A DNA stretch of 64,000 nucleotides from a bacterium (GTDB lineage: Bacteria; Bdellovibrionota_C; UBA2361; CALJRW01), in contig JANNBC010000015.1 in the NCBI GenBank assembly GCA_031385045.1, positions 34,810 to 98,809 of the forward strand, written 5' to 3'. Position numbers and translations under genes: made by a program. The notes beneath the pieces are model-generated. The model worked only from the letters and a program-made list of their open reading frames with translations. It made no database searches and was not told the origin of the DNA. The stretch's first letter is position 1, and each line of letters opens with the position of its first letter. Of this stretch, positions 20,074-30,700 are shown piece after piece.

Positions 20074-20907
20074 ATGAAATTGAAGATTAAGTTCTCGAAA
20101 AAAACCACTTTTATTTGCCTAGTTCTAATTATTGCCATGCTCCGAGCATCTTATTGGCAATGGGAAAGGCATTTAGCAAAAATAGAATACTTGCAGGTCT
20201 TAGCGGAACGCCTAGCAGCGACTCCAATTAATTTTAACGAGCTCGTTAAATCCAATCCGAACTGGGAAGATTATTCTAACCATCGGGTTTTGTTAGAAGG
20301 AAACTATGATTTTTCAAATGAAATTGTCATTGCCAATCGTCGCCTTGATGATACCCCCGGGAAACACGTTATCACTCCACTAAAATTAAAAGATCAGACT
20401 ATCAGCGTTTTAGTAAATCGTGGATTTTTGCCACTTAGTGTTAGCCAGCTTAAGGACCGAGTTGCCTTTCAAAATCCTGCGGAACAAATGATTATTGGAA
20501 TTATTAAACCATCATTAAAGCGGACATTTTTCTTACAACCGGAAGATCCTGTAGTTAGCATTAACAAGAAAGATGATAATTGGCTAAGAGTTAATATTGA
20601 GGCAATCAGTAAACAAATCGAATATCCAATTTTACCAATTTATGTTGATAAACTTTCGGCCGAACATGAGATTGATATTGAAAAAGATTTAATCAAAGCA
20701 GGCTCTGATAAAACAGACATGCTAGTAATGCCTAGTCAGAAAACCAAAGTTTCGACTGGTAGTTTAAAAGCTGATGTGTCCTACCCTATTCCCGATCCTG
20801 ATAGAGTTATGTCAGCCGGCCGACATCTTGGGTACGTCTTTGAATGGGCTTTTATGGCGCTGTTAACTTTTTTAATTGGTTTAGTCATTCAACTTAAAAG
20901 ACATTAA
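20074..20907 (+). CDS. SURF1 family cytochrome oxidase biogenesis protein
   Basis: WQWER, GKHVITPL, VLVNRGFL and HLGYVFEW. Confidence 0.92.
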   Translation: MKLKIKFSKKTTFICLVLIIAMLRASYWQWERHLAKIEYLQVLAERLAATPINFNELVKSNPNWEDYSNHRVLLEGNYDFSNEIVIANRRLDDTPGKHVITPLKLKDQTISVLVNRGFLPLSVSQLKDRVAFQNPAEQMIIGIIKPSLKRTFFLQPEDPVVSINKKDDNWLRVNIEAISKQIEYPILPIYVDKLSAEHEIDIEKDLIKAGSDKTDMLVMPSQKTKVSTGSLKADVSYPIPDPDRVMSAGRHLGYVFEWAFMALLTFLIGLVIQLKRH

Positions 20908-20935
20908 GTGGTTTATGGCGCTTATTAGTTTCCGA

Positions 20936-20993
20936 CTATAATAGCATCTATCCCAGAATAGTCTTGACTATTCTGGGATAGATGCTATTATAG
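20936..20993 (+). promoter_or_regulatory. Perfect 28-bp inverted repeat containing the promoter of AAA copy 2
   Basis: CTATAATAGCATCTATCCCAGAATAGTC-TT-GACTATTCTGGGATAGATGCTATTATAG. TTGACT-N16-TATTAT (with TGn), 6 nt before the ATG. Confidence 0.8.
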
Positions 20994-20997
20994 CCAA

Positions 20998-22146
20998 ATG
21001 ACTCAGGACTCAAAAAATAAGATCTTTAGGCGTAAAGTTCAGCCATTTATACTAAAAGACATAGATACCAAAATTGTCTTACTCAGTGGCCCAAGACAAG
21101 CTGGGAAAACAACCCTGACTAAATCCTTAACTAAAAATTACGAATATCTTAATTATGATGCGAGTAAAGACCGTCAAGTTATTAAGGAAGAATCATGGTC
21201 TCGCGATAAAGAGTTAGTAATCTTTGATGAATTACATAAGATGAAAAACTGGAAACGTTGGATTAAAGGGATCTACGATACAGAAGGATTAAACCCAAAG
21301 ATTATAGTCACAGGAAGTGCCCAGCTAGATATTACAAAAAAGATGGGAGATTCGTTAGCTGGTCGATACTTTTTATATCGACTACACCCTTTAACATTAC
21401 GTGAGCTCAAGGGCACAGCAAATCTAGATGATATTTTCAAGCGTCTGCTTAATCAAGGAGGATTTCCTGAACCATATTTTTCCACTGAAAAATATTTTTA
21501 TGATCGCTGGAAAAAGACTCACTTGGATATTATCCTTAGACAGGATTTGCTTGATATTGAAAGTATTAAAAGGATTAAGGACATCGAAATATTAATTGAT
21601 TTACTGAGACAACGAGTCGGATCACTTATTTCCTATCAATCACTGGCAGAGGATCTACAAGTAGATCCAACGACTGTAAAACGTTGGTTAATACTATTAG
21701 AGAACCTATTTGTGATCTTTAGAGTTTCTCCTTGGACTAAAAATATTGCTCGCTCGATTAGCAAGGCTGGAAAATATTATTTTTATGATACAGGACAAGT
21801 TGTTGGAGAAGATTCCATTAAATTTGAAAATTTAGTTGCCAATGAACTATTAGCAGCAATTAGTATGGAACAAGATATTAAGGGTAGAAATCTTAATTTA
21901 CACTACCTGAGAAACAAAGATGGATATGAAATTGATTTTGCAATTATTGAAAATGGTAAATTAACCCAAGCAATTGAAGCTAAATGGGGCGAGGATCAGC
22001 CAAGTAAATCTTTCTTAAAACTGTGCTCTAAAAATGAAAAAATTAAAGCGATACAAGTTGTTGCTGATTTAAATCGTGAAAAAGATTTCCCATTTGGAGT
22101 TCAAGTTGTCAAAGCAAGCAAATGGCTTAGTAATTTAGAACTATAG
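20998..22146 (+). CDS. AAA_14 ATPase-DUF4143 protein (copy 2)
   Basis: GPRQAGKTT, FDELH, VTGS, SLAGR, GGFPE, EIDFA...IEAK. Confidence 0.92.
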   Translation: MTQDSKNKIFRRKVQPFILKDIDTKIVLLSGPRQAGKTTLTKSLTKNYEYLNYDASKDRQVIKEESWSRDKELVIFDELHKMKNWKRWIKGIYDTEGLNPKIIVTGSAQLDITKKMGDSLAGRYFLYRLHPLTLRELKGTANLDDIFKRLLNQGGFPEPYFSTEKYFYDRWKKTHLDIILRQDLLDIESIKRIKDIEILIDLLRQRVGSLISYQSLAEDLQVDPTTVKRWLILLENLFVIFRVSPWTKNIARSISKAGKYYFYDTGQVVGEDSIKFENLVANELLAAISMEQDIKGRNLNLHYLRNKDGYEIDFAIIENGKLTQAIEAKWGEDQPSKSFLKLCSKNEKIKAIQVVADLNREKDFPFGVQVVKASKWLSNLEL

Positions 22147-23004
22147 CCAATCTGTCCCTTTAAATTTAATTATATCTCCAAAAGTATCAAGCAATAATTG
22201 ATTACTAACTTGTTGATTACCAAGAAGAGTATGCCAACCTCGAGTTTTTGCCTCTTCGTAAGAAATTGATTTAGGGTAAGTGAACTGATATCTCTGCTGC
22301 AGGCTGGCAATTAAATCTTTAGTTTTTAGTGGAACTCCATCAGCGATATTAATAGCCTTAGGTAATTTTTGATTTAAATCTAGAGTACGTAAAACTACTT
22401 CCACTAAATCTTCAATGTGAATTCGATTCGAATATCTTTCTCCCTGATCAATTAATGGGTAAGTCCCTTGAAGTAAACTAACTTTAGGGTTATGAAAACC
22501 TGATGTGATTCCAGCGATTCTTAAAGCACAGACATCAACCGCTAATTTTTGATAAAGCTCTTCTGATTTAAGTCTAGCCAGGCCTCTGACACTAAGTGGA
22601 TTTAGCGGAGAATCCTCGGTAACAAGCTCTCCTGCAGTGGAACCATAAACTCCCGTGGTACTTAAATAGATTAATCTTCTTAGGGGATAATTCTTTAATA
22701 CCGAGACTAGATTTGCGACTCCAGATAAAGATTCATCCAGACTAGATTTATTATCTGTAAATATTGGAGGAACAGAATCTACAATTACTTCTAAGCTGGG
22801 ATAATGCTGGAAAAATAATTTTAAAGTATTAGCATCTAGAATATCTAACTTAAAAGCTTGATAACCAGCATCCTTAAAAATCTGTATTTGCTCTTCGCGA
22901 CGAGATGTAATGATAAATTGATCTCGATACTCTGCAGTTGTATGAAGTTTTTTTGCAAGTAAGGATAGGACATTGCCACCTCCTAATAAAAGTATCTTTG
23001 CCAT
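22141..23004 (-). CDS. NAD-dependent epimerase/dehydratase (YeeZ-like atypical SDR)
   Basis: YLSTTGVYG, VTEDSP, RLKSE, SNRIHIEDL, NIADG. Confidence 0.85.
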   Translation of the reverse strand: MAKILLLGGGNVLSLLAKKLHTTAEYRDQFIITSRREEQIQIFKDAGYQAFKLDILDANTLKLFFQHYPSLEVIVDSVPPIFTDNKSSLDESLSGVANLVSVLKNYPLRRLIYLSTTGVYGSTAGELVTEDSPLNPLSVRGLARLKSEELYQKLAVDVCALRIAGITSGFHNPKVSLLQGTYPLIDQGERYSNRIHIEDLVEVVLRTLDLNQKLPKAINIADGVPLKTKDLIASLQQRYQFTYPKSISYEEAKTRGWHTLLGNQQVSNQLLLDTFGDIIKFKGTDWL

Positions 23005-23016
23005 AAAAATATCTTT

Positions 23017-23685
23017 TTAGGGACTAAGACGATAAGTTTCCCAATTCTTATCTTTTAATTCGAAAACTAAACGGTCATGTAATCGACTTCTACGTCCCTG
23101 CCAGAATTCATAATAAAAAGGTGTGATTTGATAACCACCCCAATAGTCAGGGCGAGTTACTTTTTTAATTAATGATTTACGCTCTAGTTCTCGCATTTGA
23201 TCTTCGATTATTTGTCGACTTTCAATCTTAGTACTTTGCTTAGAAGCTAATGCTCCAAGTCTAGAAACAAAAGGGCGTGACTCGAAGTAGGTCTCTGATA
23301 TCTCGACAGGAGTCTTTTCAATTGTTGCTTGAATCCTAACTTGGCGTTCTAGTTGTGGCCAAAAAAACAAGAGCGAGACCTTATTGTTATTAGCTATCTC
23401 TTTGGCTTTCTGACTATCATAATTACTAAAGAAAATAAGTTTATCTTCTTGGATTGCTTTTAAAAGTACTGTGCGCAAATTTGGTTGATTACCCTGATCA
23501 GAAGTTGCTAGACTAAAAGCATTTGGCTCTGGTAAGCCAGCATCATAGGCTTCTTCTAACCAGCTATAAAATTGCTCCATTGGATTTGCTAGAAGTTTAT
23601 CTTCCGTAAGAGTATTAGCAGTGTAGTCCTTGCGAATAGATTCAAATAACTGATCAATAAAGATAATAGTTTTATTTTGGTCCAT
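23017..23685 (-). CDS. pdxH: Pyridoxamine 5'-phosphate oxidase
   Basis: EPNAFSLAT, RTVLLK, LERQVRI, WGGY, EFWQGRRSRLHDR, RLSP. Confidence 0.96.
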   Translation of the reverse strand: MDQNKTIIFIDQLFESIRKDYTANTLTEDKLLANPMEQFYSWLEEAYDAGLPEPNAFSLATSDQGNQPNLRTVLLKAIQEDKLIFFSNYDSQKAKEIANNNKVSLLFFWPQLERQVRIQATIEKTPVEISETYFESRPFVSRLGALASKQSTKIESRQIIEDQMRELERKSLIKKVTRPDYWGGYQITPFYYEFWQGRRSRLHDRLVFELKDKNWETYRLSP

Positions 23686-23697
23686 AAAGAATTGAAA

Positions 23698-24870
23698 TTA
23701 GGCTAATTGCTTCGGGCTACTTTTAAAAACAAAGAGGAATGTTAATACGCTACTAAAGACAAGGATAAAACCCAAGATCAAAAATAATGCCCATTCTTTC
23801 CAAGACCAAAGATACAGTGGTTGTGGCAAGCTAATTAGCCAGATTTCAGTTTTATCCTTTGGTGAGCTAACGCTATTAGTCACAGCAATAGTTTCGGCAT
23901 CGACTAAGGCGAGTCCTTCCGCACTTGGGTGTTTCCAACCTAATTTATTTAAGTCTACTAAAACAGTTTTTTCAAGGGGCTTAGGAATTAATTGATTAGC
24001 ACCAAAGATTTCCGTGTTGGCATATTCTAATTCTTGATCAGTAAATTTCAATTCACTAATATCAGTAGCCCCCGATATTTTTATTAGGATTACGCGATTA
24101 ATTATTTCACCTGATTTATTTTTCCCTTGCTCAATTGCTAATAGCCGCTTTTTATCAACCGCCTGCAAATCACTAATCTTGATATCACTAACACTTACAT
24201 ATTCATTCCGATCGACAGGCAGGGCAAATGTTTTCGAGGTATTACTTAAAGGATCGAATTCAACTAAGCGAATAAACTTAGCGGTACTACTTGCTTCTCC
24301 CTCAAAGTCAAAAGGGCTTTCGCTTAATAGATAGACTTTACCATTTGGTGTAACAGCAACACTTTTTAAAATTCCATTTTTTGAAAGTGCTGGCAAGCCT
24401 TCTCCTGGCTTAATTACTTGTTGAATCTCTCCAGTTTCTAAATTAACCTTAATTAAGGCGTTTTGCTTGGAATCTACTAACCAAAGTAGATCATTGGGCG
24501 CAGTAGAGATCCCTTGTAAATTAACATTCAAACTTCCGGCTTTTTCAAAGTATAATGGAAAACGATCCGTTACTTCAAAAGTTCCTTTTTTCTTCTTTAG
24601 TTTAGCGATCGCAATATGAGGGATAGTGGCATCAGTCCGCTGGTCTTTGCCATCAGTAATTTGAAACTCGCCATTGGGTGTTAAATAAAACATTAAAATT
24701 CCACCACCGTAGGGGCTAGATTTTTTAAAGGCGAGTCCCGAACCGTAAGTAAAATCAAAGTTTTTGGCAGGATTCAGTTCATACTTCTCTACAAGGGTTT
24801 TAGTTTCTGCAAACACCATTGATGAGAAAATAATTAGAGGACAAATTATTAAGATCAAACGTTTAATCAT
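23698..24870 (-). CDS. Esterase-like phytase-family beta-propeller protein with a C-terminal TM anchor
   Basis: Signal peptide, KISDL...LLAIEQ, GATDIS, AEGLALVD...IAVTN, and a C-terminal hydrophobic helix. Confidence 0.65.
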   Translation of the reverse strand: MIKRLILIICPLIIFSSMVFAETKTLVEKYELNPAKNFDFTYGSGLAFKKSSPYGGGILMFYLTPNGEFQITDGKDQRTDATIPHIAIAKLKKKKGTFEVTDRFPLYFEKAGSLNVNLQGISTAPNDLLWLVDSKQNALIKVNLETGEIQQVIKPGEGLPALSKNGILKSVAVTPNGKVYLLSESPFDFEGEASSTAKFIRLVEFDPLSNTSKTFALPVDRNEYVSVSDIKISDLQAVDKKRLLAIEQGKNKSGEIINRVILIKISGATDISELKFTDQELEYANTEIFGANQLIPKPLEKTVLVDLNKLGWKHPSAEGLALVDAETIAVTNSVSSPKDKTEIWLISLPQPLYLWSWKEWALFLILGFILVFSSVLTFLFVFKSSPKQLA

Positions 24871-25249
24871 ATCGATGTTAAAATATATATATCTCTAGTT
24901 CTATTTGAGATTTTTTGTGGGTGATTAAAAAATTTTATGATTTACAGGTAAGAGCTATCGATCGCTAACGCTTCAAACTTATCTGAGAAAGATTTCTTTC
25001 AACGCTTTTTAAAACTTCCTGTGGATACACAATTATTGTTCGAATTTCGGCAAGTTCAATAACATTCAAACTTGTGAAGAAACTGAAACTAATTGGTATA
25101 AACATTATAATATATTTTTTTGAATATTGAAATTCAAGACGTAAAATAGCTCTTTCTGCCGAACCAAATCGAAGAGTTATGTAAATTATCGCGCAAACAA
25201 ATAAAAACCAATCAGTTTCTTGCCAGAAGAGTTTTTAACAAATATAGGA

Positions 25250-26401
25250 TCACAGAGAGCTTTTCGTAAGGAATCGGATTGGGCTATCCTCAAATTCTAA
25301 ATAGTTTTCTTTAGTAATAATAGTCACTTTTGCTGTAGGAAATTTCTTTTTAAATTGATCGAGGCCAGAAGTATTTTTTTTACGTCCACTTTTTACCTCA
25401 ATTGCCCAGATATTTCGCCCTTGCTGCAAGACGTAATCCACTTCATGTTTTCCATCCCGCCAGTAATATAAATCCTCCCCTGTCCTAACTAGTTGTGCTC
25501 CAACAATCAGTTCAAAGATCCTACCGACTTCTTCTGGATGATACTCAGCTCTGATTTGTAGATATGGCAAACAAGGTGCTAATGGTAAAATCTTAGGAGA
25601 AGAAGCCTTTCTTAAAATTGCTTTATTAGAAAACTTATCTAAGGCTTTAATTAAATAAGCACCTTCATAAAGACTAATATAATATTTAATGACTTCAACA
25701 TTTCCCTTGTCTTGCAATTGCCCAAGTAGTTTGGTGTAAGATATTTCTCTTGCTGGATAAGCAATTAAGATGTCAAATGCTTGCCTAAATAATGCTGGAT
25801 TTTTAACTGTCTGAAATTGTAAAATATCTTTTTCAACCACTGTCGAAATAATTGAATTCTTAACGTATTCAACCCAGTCTTTAGTATTAATAAATTGATA
25901 CGATCCTGGATACCCACCGAACTGTAAGTATTCTTCAAAGCTTAGTTGATACCCTTCCTTCGATTCTTGATAATTCCAGTGATAGGCACGAAGCAATTGA
26001 AATCTTCCTGTTAAACTTTCGGTTAATCCTTTTTGAATCTCTAGGGAGCTAGATCCTAAAAGTACACAAGCAACTTGCCGTTTGTCTTTTTTACTCTGGT
26101 CGTAAAGTGACTTAATCGCTTCTGACCAATTATGAATTTTTTGGATTTCATCAATAAATAGTATTTTATTACCGCTTTGCGCTTCAATCCATTTCTCGCG
26201 AAGCCAATTTACATCAGGATTAAACACTTGATCCGTACTAAAATAGAGTGCTTGATCTTGGTAATGCTCCTCAATCAGCTTAAGAATCGTTGTTGTTTTT
26301 CCTACTTGTCTTGGGCCTAAGAGAACTTGAATTAGGCCACTAGCAGAAGCAAGCCTCTCTTGTAGTAGTTTGATATAACTAAGAAATATTGGTATTTTCA
26401 T
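25250..26401 (-). CDS. AAA_14 ATPase-DUF4143 protein (copy 3)
   Basis: GPRQVGKTT, IDEIQ, LGSS, ESLTGR, GGYP, EVDYV...IEVKS. ATG 26401 is preferred to 26413 because the latter overlaps the predicted -10. Confidence 0.9.
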   Translation of the reverse strand: MKIPIFLSYIKLLQERLASASGLIQVLLGPRQVGKTTTILKLIEEHYQDQALYFSTDQVFNPDVNWLREKWIEAQSGNKILFIDEIQKIHNWSEAIKSLYDQSKKDKRQVACVLLGSSSLEIQKGLTESLTGRFQLLRAYHWNYQESKEGYQLSFEEYLQFGGYPGSYQFINTKDWVEYVKNSIISTVVEKDILQFQTVKNPALFRQAFDILIAYPAREISYTKLLGQLQDKGNVEVIKYYISLYEGAYLIKALDKFSNKAILRKASSPKILPLAPCLPYLQIRAEYHPEEVGRIFELIVGAQLVRTGEDLYYWRDGKHEVDYVLQQGRNIWAIEVKSGRKKNTSGLDQFKKKFPTAKVTIITKENYLEFEDSPIRFLTKSSL

Positions 26402-26408
26402 TTTTAAT

Positions 26409-26446
26409 AGCATAACCTATCAAAAATAATAGGTCAACCTATTATT
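26409..26446 (-). promoter_or_regulatory. Promoter with palindrome for AAA copy 3
   Basis: AATAATAGGT-CA-ACCTATTATT (26425-26446). Minus strand reads TTGACC-N17-TATGCT, 7 nt before ATG 26401. Confidence 0.7.
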
Positions 26447-26603
26447 ACAAAGATACCAAGTTCAAAGTTTTACTTTTGTTCAATAATCTATTGAAATTTA
26501 ACACCTTTTATTGCTACTAAACTAAGCTTGCCTAGTCCAAGACAGGAGGCTGAAAGGAGGGATAGGCAGCCTCTAATATATCAAGACTGCCCTACCTATA
26601 AAC

Positions 26604-27695
26604 TTACCAGGCTAAAGAACCTGCAGTTTGATACTCAGTAACACGAGTTTCAAAGAAGTTTTTCTCTTTACCCAGATCAATTGTTTCGCTCATCCATGGG
26701 AATGGATTTTTTGAACCAAAGATAGCGTTTAATCCAATACGCTCTACGCGACGATCGGCAATGTACTGAACATAGTCACGGAACATCTCATGATTTAGTC
26801 CTAAGATGCCACGTGGTAAACAATCAACGGCATAAGCATATTCTAACTCAACAGCTTGTTTAATTAAGTCATAAATTTCTGCTTTGAACTCTTCTGTCCA
26901 AATATCTGGATTTTCAGCTTTAATCCCATTGATTAAATCAATTCCAAAATTTAAGTGAATTGTTTCATCACGTAAAATATACTGGAACTGCTCACCAATT
27001 CCAGTCATGCGGTTCTGGCGATGGAAAGACAAGATCATGGCAAATCCACTATAGAAGAAAAGTCCTTCCATAATGATATAGTAACCAATCAGGTTACGAA
27101 CAAATCGTCGCTGACCTTCTGTAGTTGAGGTAGTAAAATTAGGATCAATTAACTCTTTAGTGAATTGCATCTCAAAAGCATCTTTCTTATGAATTGCAGG
27201 AATCTCATTATACATGTTAAAGATTTCACTCTCGTCCAGATTTAATGACTCAACAATATAATGAAAAGTATGAGTATGAATAGCCTCTTCAAATCCTTGA
27301 CGAAGTAAATACTGGCGACATTCTGGATTGGTAACATGTTTAAAGATTGCTAGTACAATGTTATTACCAACAAGGCTTTCCGCTGTACTAAAAAACCCAA
27401 GATTACGTTTAATTACTAGACGCTCATCATCAGTTAGTGTGTTAGATTTCCAAAGTTCAATATCCTTAGACATTGGCACTTCTGTTGGCATCCAGTTGTT
27501 AGCGCAACCGTTTAGGTAATGCTCCCAGGCCCATTTATATTTGAGGGGCATTAATTGATTAACATCAACAGCATTACAATTTACCAAACGTTTCTGATCG
27601 GCTCTAAAACGTGCTTGATTACCAAGAAGCGCTTCAGCCGCCGCTTGTTTTTCTTTAGAATCGTTACTTCCTTCATTGTCTCCGAAGTCTAACAT
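26604..27695 (-). CDS. nrdB: Ribonucleotide reductase beta subunit, class Ic (Mn/Fe)-type signature
   Basis: Ferritin-like motifs [32 protein letters not shown]-terminal [10 protein letters not shown]. Confidence 0.96.
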   Translation of the reverse strand: MLDFGDNEGSNDSKEKQAAAEALLGNQARFRADQKRLVNCNAVDVNQLMPLKYKWAWEHYLNGCANNWMPTEVPMSKDIELWKSNTLTDDERLVIKRNLGFFSTAESLVGNNIVLAIFKHVTNPECRQYLLRQGFEEAIHTHTFHYIVESLNLDESEIFNMYNEIPAIHKKDAFEMQFTKELIDPNFTTSTTEGQRRFVRNLIGYYIIMEGLFFYSGFAMILSFHRQNRMTGIGEQFQYILRDETIHLNFGIDLINGIKAENPDIWTEEFKAEIYDLIKQAVELEYAYAVDCLPRGILGLNHEMFRDYVQYIADRRVERIGLNAIFGSKNPFPWMSETIDLGKEKNFFETRVTEYQTAGSLAW

Positions 27696-27732
27696 TTTCT
27701 ATCTCCTAAATAATTACCACTTTAAAATTACT

Positions 27733-27755
27733 GCGTCTGACTAAATGTCAGACGC
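27733..27755. other. Intercistronic hairpin between nrdA and nrdB
   Basis: GCGTCTGAC-TAAAT-GTCAGACGC. Confidence 0.55.
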
Positions 27756-27767
27756 TACATCTACTGC

Positions 27768-30700
27768 TTACTGACAGCTTTCACACTCACCATCAAGATT
27801 TTGGGTCTCTTTGGGAAGTGCCACAGCATCACGGTTTACATTCACTTCACCAGAAGAAGATTTATTCTTCATCCAACGAGGCTGTAACCCACGCTTATTA
27901 ACATCCATTGTTGATTTCTCAATTTGAGTAGCCCCTAGACATCTCAAATAATAAGTAGTTTTCAAGCCTTTCTTCCAAGCTGAAAAATACATTTCATTTA
28001 ACTTCTTTCCACTTGGCTCAGCCATGTAAAGGTTAAGTGACTGACCCATATCAATCCACTTCTGACGACGAGCAGCGCAATCAACGATCCACTCAGGATC
28101 AATTTCAAAAGAAGTTAGATAAACCTGCTTAAGATCATTAGGAATTCTTTCAATTTCTAAAATTGATCCATCAAAGTATTTCAGATCATCAACCATTTCC
28201 TCGTCCCAAAGATCTAATTTCTTCAACTCGTGAACTAGGTAATCGTTAATTACAATAAACTCACCAGATAAGTTAGACTTAGCAAATAGATGTTTGTAAG
28301 CCGGTTCAATCGATTGAGTTACACCAGAGATATTAGAAATTGTAGCCGTTGGAGCAATCGCCATAGTATTACTATTACGCATTCCATATTTCTTGATTGA
28401 ATCACGAACAACCTGCCAATCTAGAGTTGTTTCTTTATTTAGATCACAATACTCAGCACCACGGTTTTTTTCTAAGATTTCTAAAGTATCAATTGGAAGT
28501 AATCCACGATCCCATTTAGATCCTTGGTAAGATGGATAAGCTCCACGCTCTTTAGCAAGTTCACTAGAACCTAAGATTGCGTAATAAGAAATAAGTTCCA
28601 TAGAACGATCCGCAAACTCTACCGCCTCAGGGCTCGCATAGCTAACTCGCTTCATGTACAAGCAGTCTTGGAATCCCATAATGCCTAAACCAATTGGACG
28701 ATGCTGTAAGTTAGAAAACTCAGCTTCTGGAATTGGATAAAAGTTAATATCAATGACGTTATCCAACATGCGAATAGCTGTCTTAATATTCTTAGCTAGT
28801 AATTCCCGATCAAGATCGCCGTTAGCCTTAATATGTTTTGGTAAATTTAAAGAGCCTAAGTTACAAACCGCGGTTTCTTTCTCAGAAGTATTTAATAAAA
28901 TCTCTGTGCAAAGGTTAGAGCTATGAACTACACCCTTATGATCTTGAGGAGATCTTAAGTTAGAAGGATCTTTAAATGTAATCCAAGGATGCCCAGTTTC
29001 AAACAACATGCTCAGCATCTTTCTCCAAAGAGTTAGAGCTTCCACAGTTTTGTAAAGTTTAATTTCTCCCTTAGCAACCATCTCTTCGTACTCTTGGTAA
29101 CGCTTATCAAAAGCTGCACCATAAAGATCGTGTAGGTCAGGAACATCACTTGGGCTAAACATTGTCCAGTTACCGTTTTCGGCAACTCGTTTCATGAATA
29201 GGTCTGGAATCCAGTTAGCTGTATTCATATCATGAGTACGACGACGCTCATCTCCCGTATTTTTACGAAGCTCTAAGAAGTCTTCTAAATCTAAATGCCA
29301 AGTTTCTAAGTAAGCGCACATAGCACCTTTTCTCTTGCCACCTTGGTTCACAGCAACAGCAGTGTCATTAGCAACTTTCAAGAAAGGGACAACGCCTTGG
29401 CTACGACCATTCGTTCCTTTGATTGTAGCCCCTGTCGCACGGACATTCGTCCAGTCATTTCCAAGTCCCCCAGCCCATTTAGATAACTGCGCATCATCAG
29501 AAACTAACTTAAAGATACTATGTAAATCATCAGTTACAGTAGAAAGATAACAAGAGCTCATTTGTGAATGACAAGTTCCTGAGTTAAACAATGTTGGAGT
29601 ACTAGAAACATAATACATCTTCGATAAGATGTCGTAGAACTCGATGGCACGAGCATTTTTATGCTCACCTTCTCGCAGCGCTAAGCCCATGGCAACGCGC
29701 ATCCAGAAAATCTGAGGAGTCTCAATACGACGGTCTTCATGATGCGTTAAGTAACGATCATAAATTGTTTGTAGTCCAAGATAAGTGAAATCTAAGTCGC
29801 GACTTAAATCCATAGCAGCGGCTAATTTAGCAATGTCATAAGTTTTAAGATCTGCTGTTAAGCGTCCAACTTGTACACCAAAATCAATGTACTGAGTAAA
29901 ATACTCTTGGTGGATCTTTTTAATATCAGCATGATTTGCCGGAGTCGAAATTGTCTCTCGGTAAATCTCGTCAAGGAGTAAGCGAGCTGTTAGGAAAGTA
30001 TAGTCTGGCTCTTTCTCTACTTTGGCACGAGCAGACATAATTGCGGCTTGGTCTACTTCTTTACGACGAATTCCTTGGTAAAAATTCTTCAGCATATCAA
30101 CTCGCACTTCATCGGAGTCAACATTTAGATTTAGACAAGCGTAATCAATTCTTTTCTTGATTTCCAACTCTGACATTTCAGTCTGACTACCATCAGCTTC
30201 AGTGACAGTGTAGATCGTACCCAAATTCTCGGTCGGTGCAGTTTTTGCTGCTGGAGTAGATTTTTGTTCTGCCTTAGCTAAAACAGGAGTTGCATCTTCT
30301 TCCGAACCTTCACCATTTTCTCGTAACTTGGCACGAAGTGATCGGTAAAGAATGTAATTCTTAGCTTCTTGATAAAAACTCTCTGACATTAGCTGACGCT
30401 CAACTTCGTCCTGAATGAATTCTACAGAAATTTCCTTGCCAGCGTTATTGTAATCACAAACTTTATTAACAACTTTATTTGTTAAAAGGTTTACTGCCTG
30501 AATTACTTCGGAAGGAGTGACACCATCAACAGATCTAGTGCTACGAAAACAAGCTTCAATAGCAGAAGCAATTTTCATTGGGTTAAAACGAACTTCTTTG
30601 CCATCACGTCGCATGACTCGAATGTTGCGAGGAGAATCATCGCGAAGTTGTTTATGTTGGTCACGATAAACAATATAATCACGGGCAACGTCATGGTGAC

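Noticed and set aside
20851..20922. TTTATGGCGCT repeated at the SURF1 3' end and just downstream, as a target-site duplication for AAA copy 2
   Set aside because: Both copies lie on the same side of the gene, and I saw no matching copy at its 3' end.
24900..25249. Short open frames on both strands downstream of AAA copy 3
   Set aside because: Under about 50 codons, with no recognisable family or start signals.
26545..26600. GC-richer stems downstream of nrdB as an ncRNA
   Set aside because: Short alternative hairpins right after the stop codon; an ordinary terminator region is the simpler explanation.
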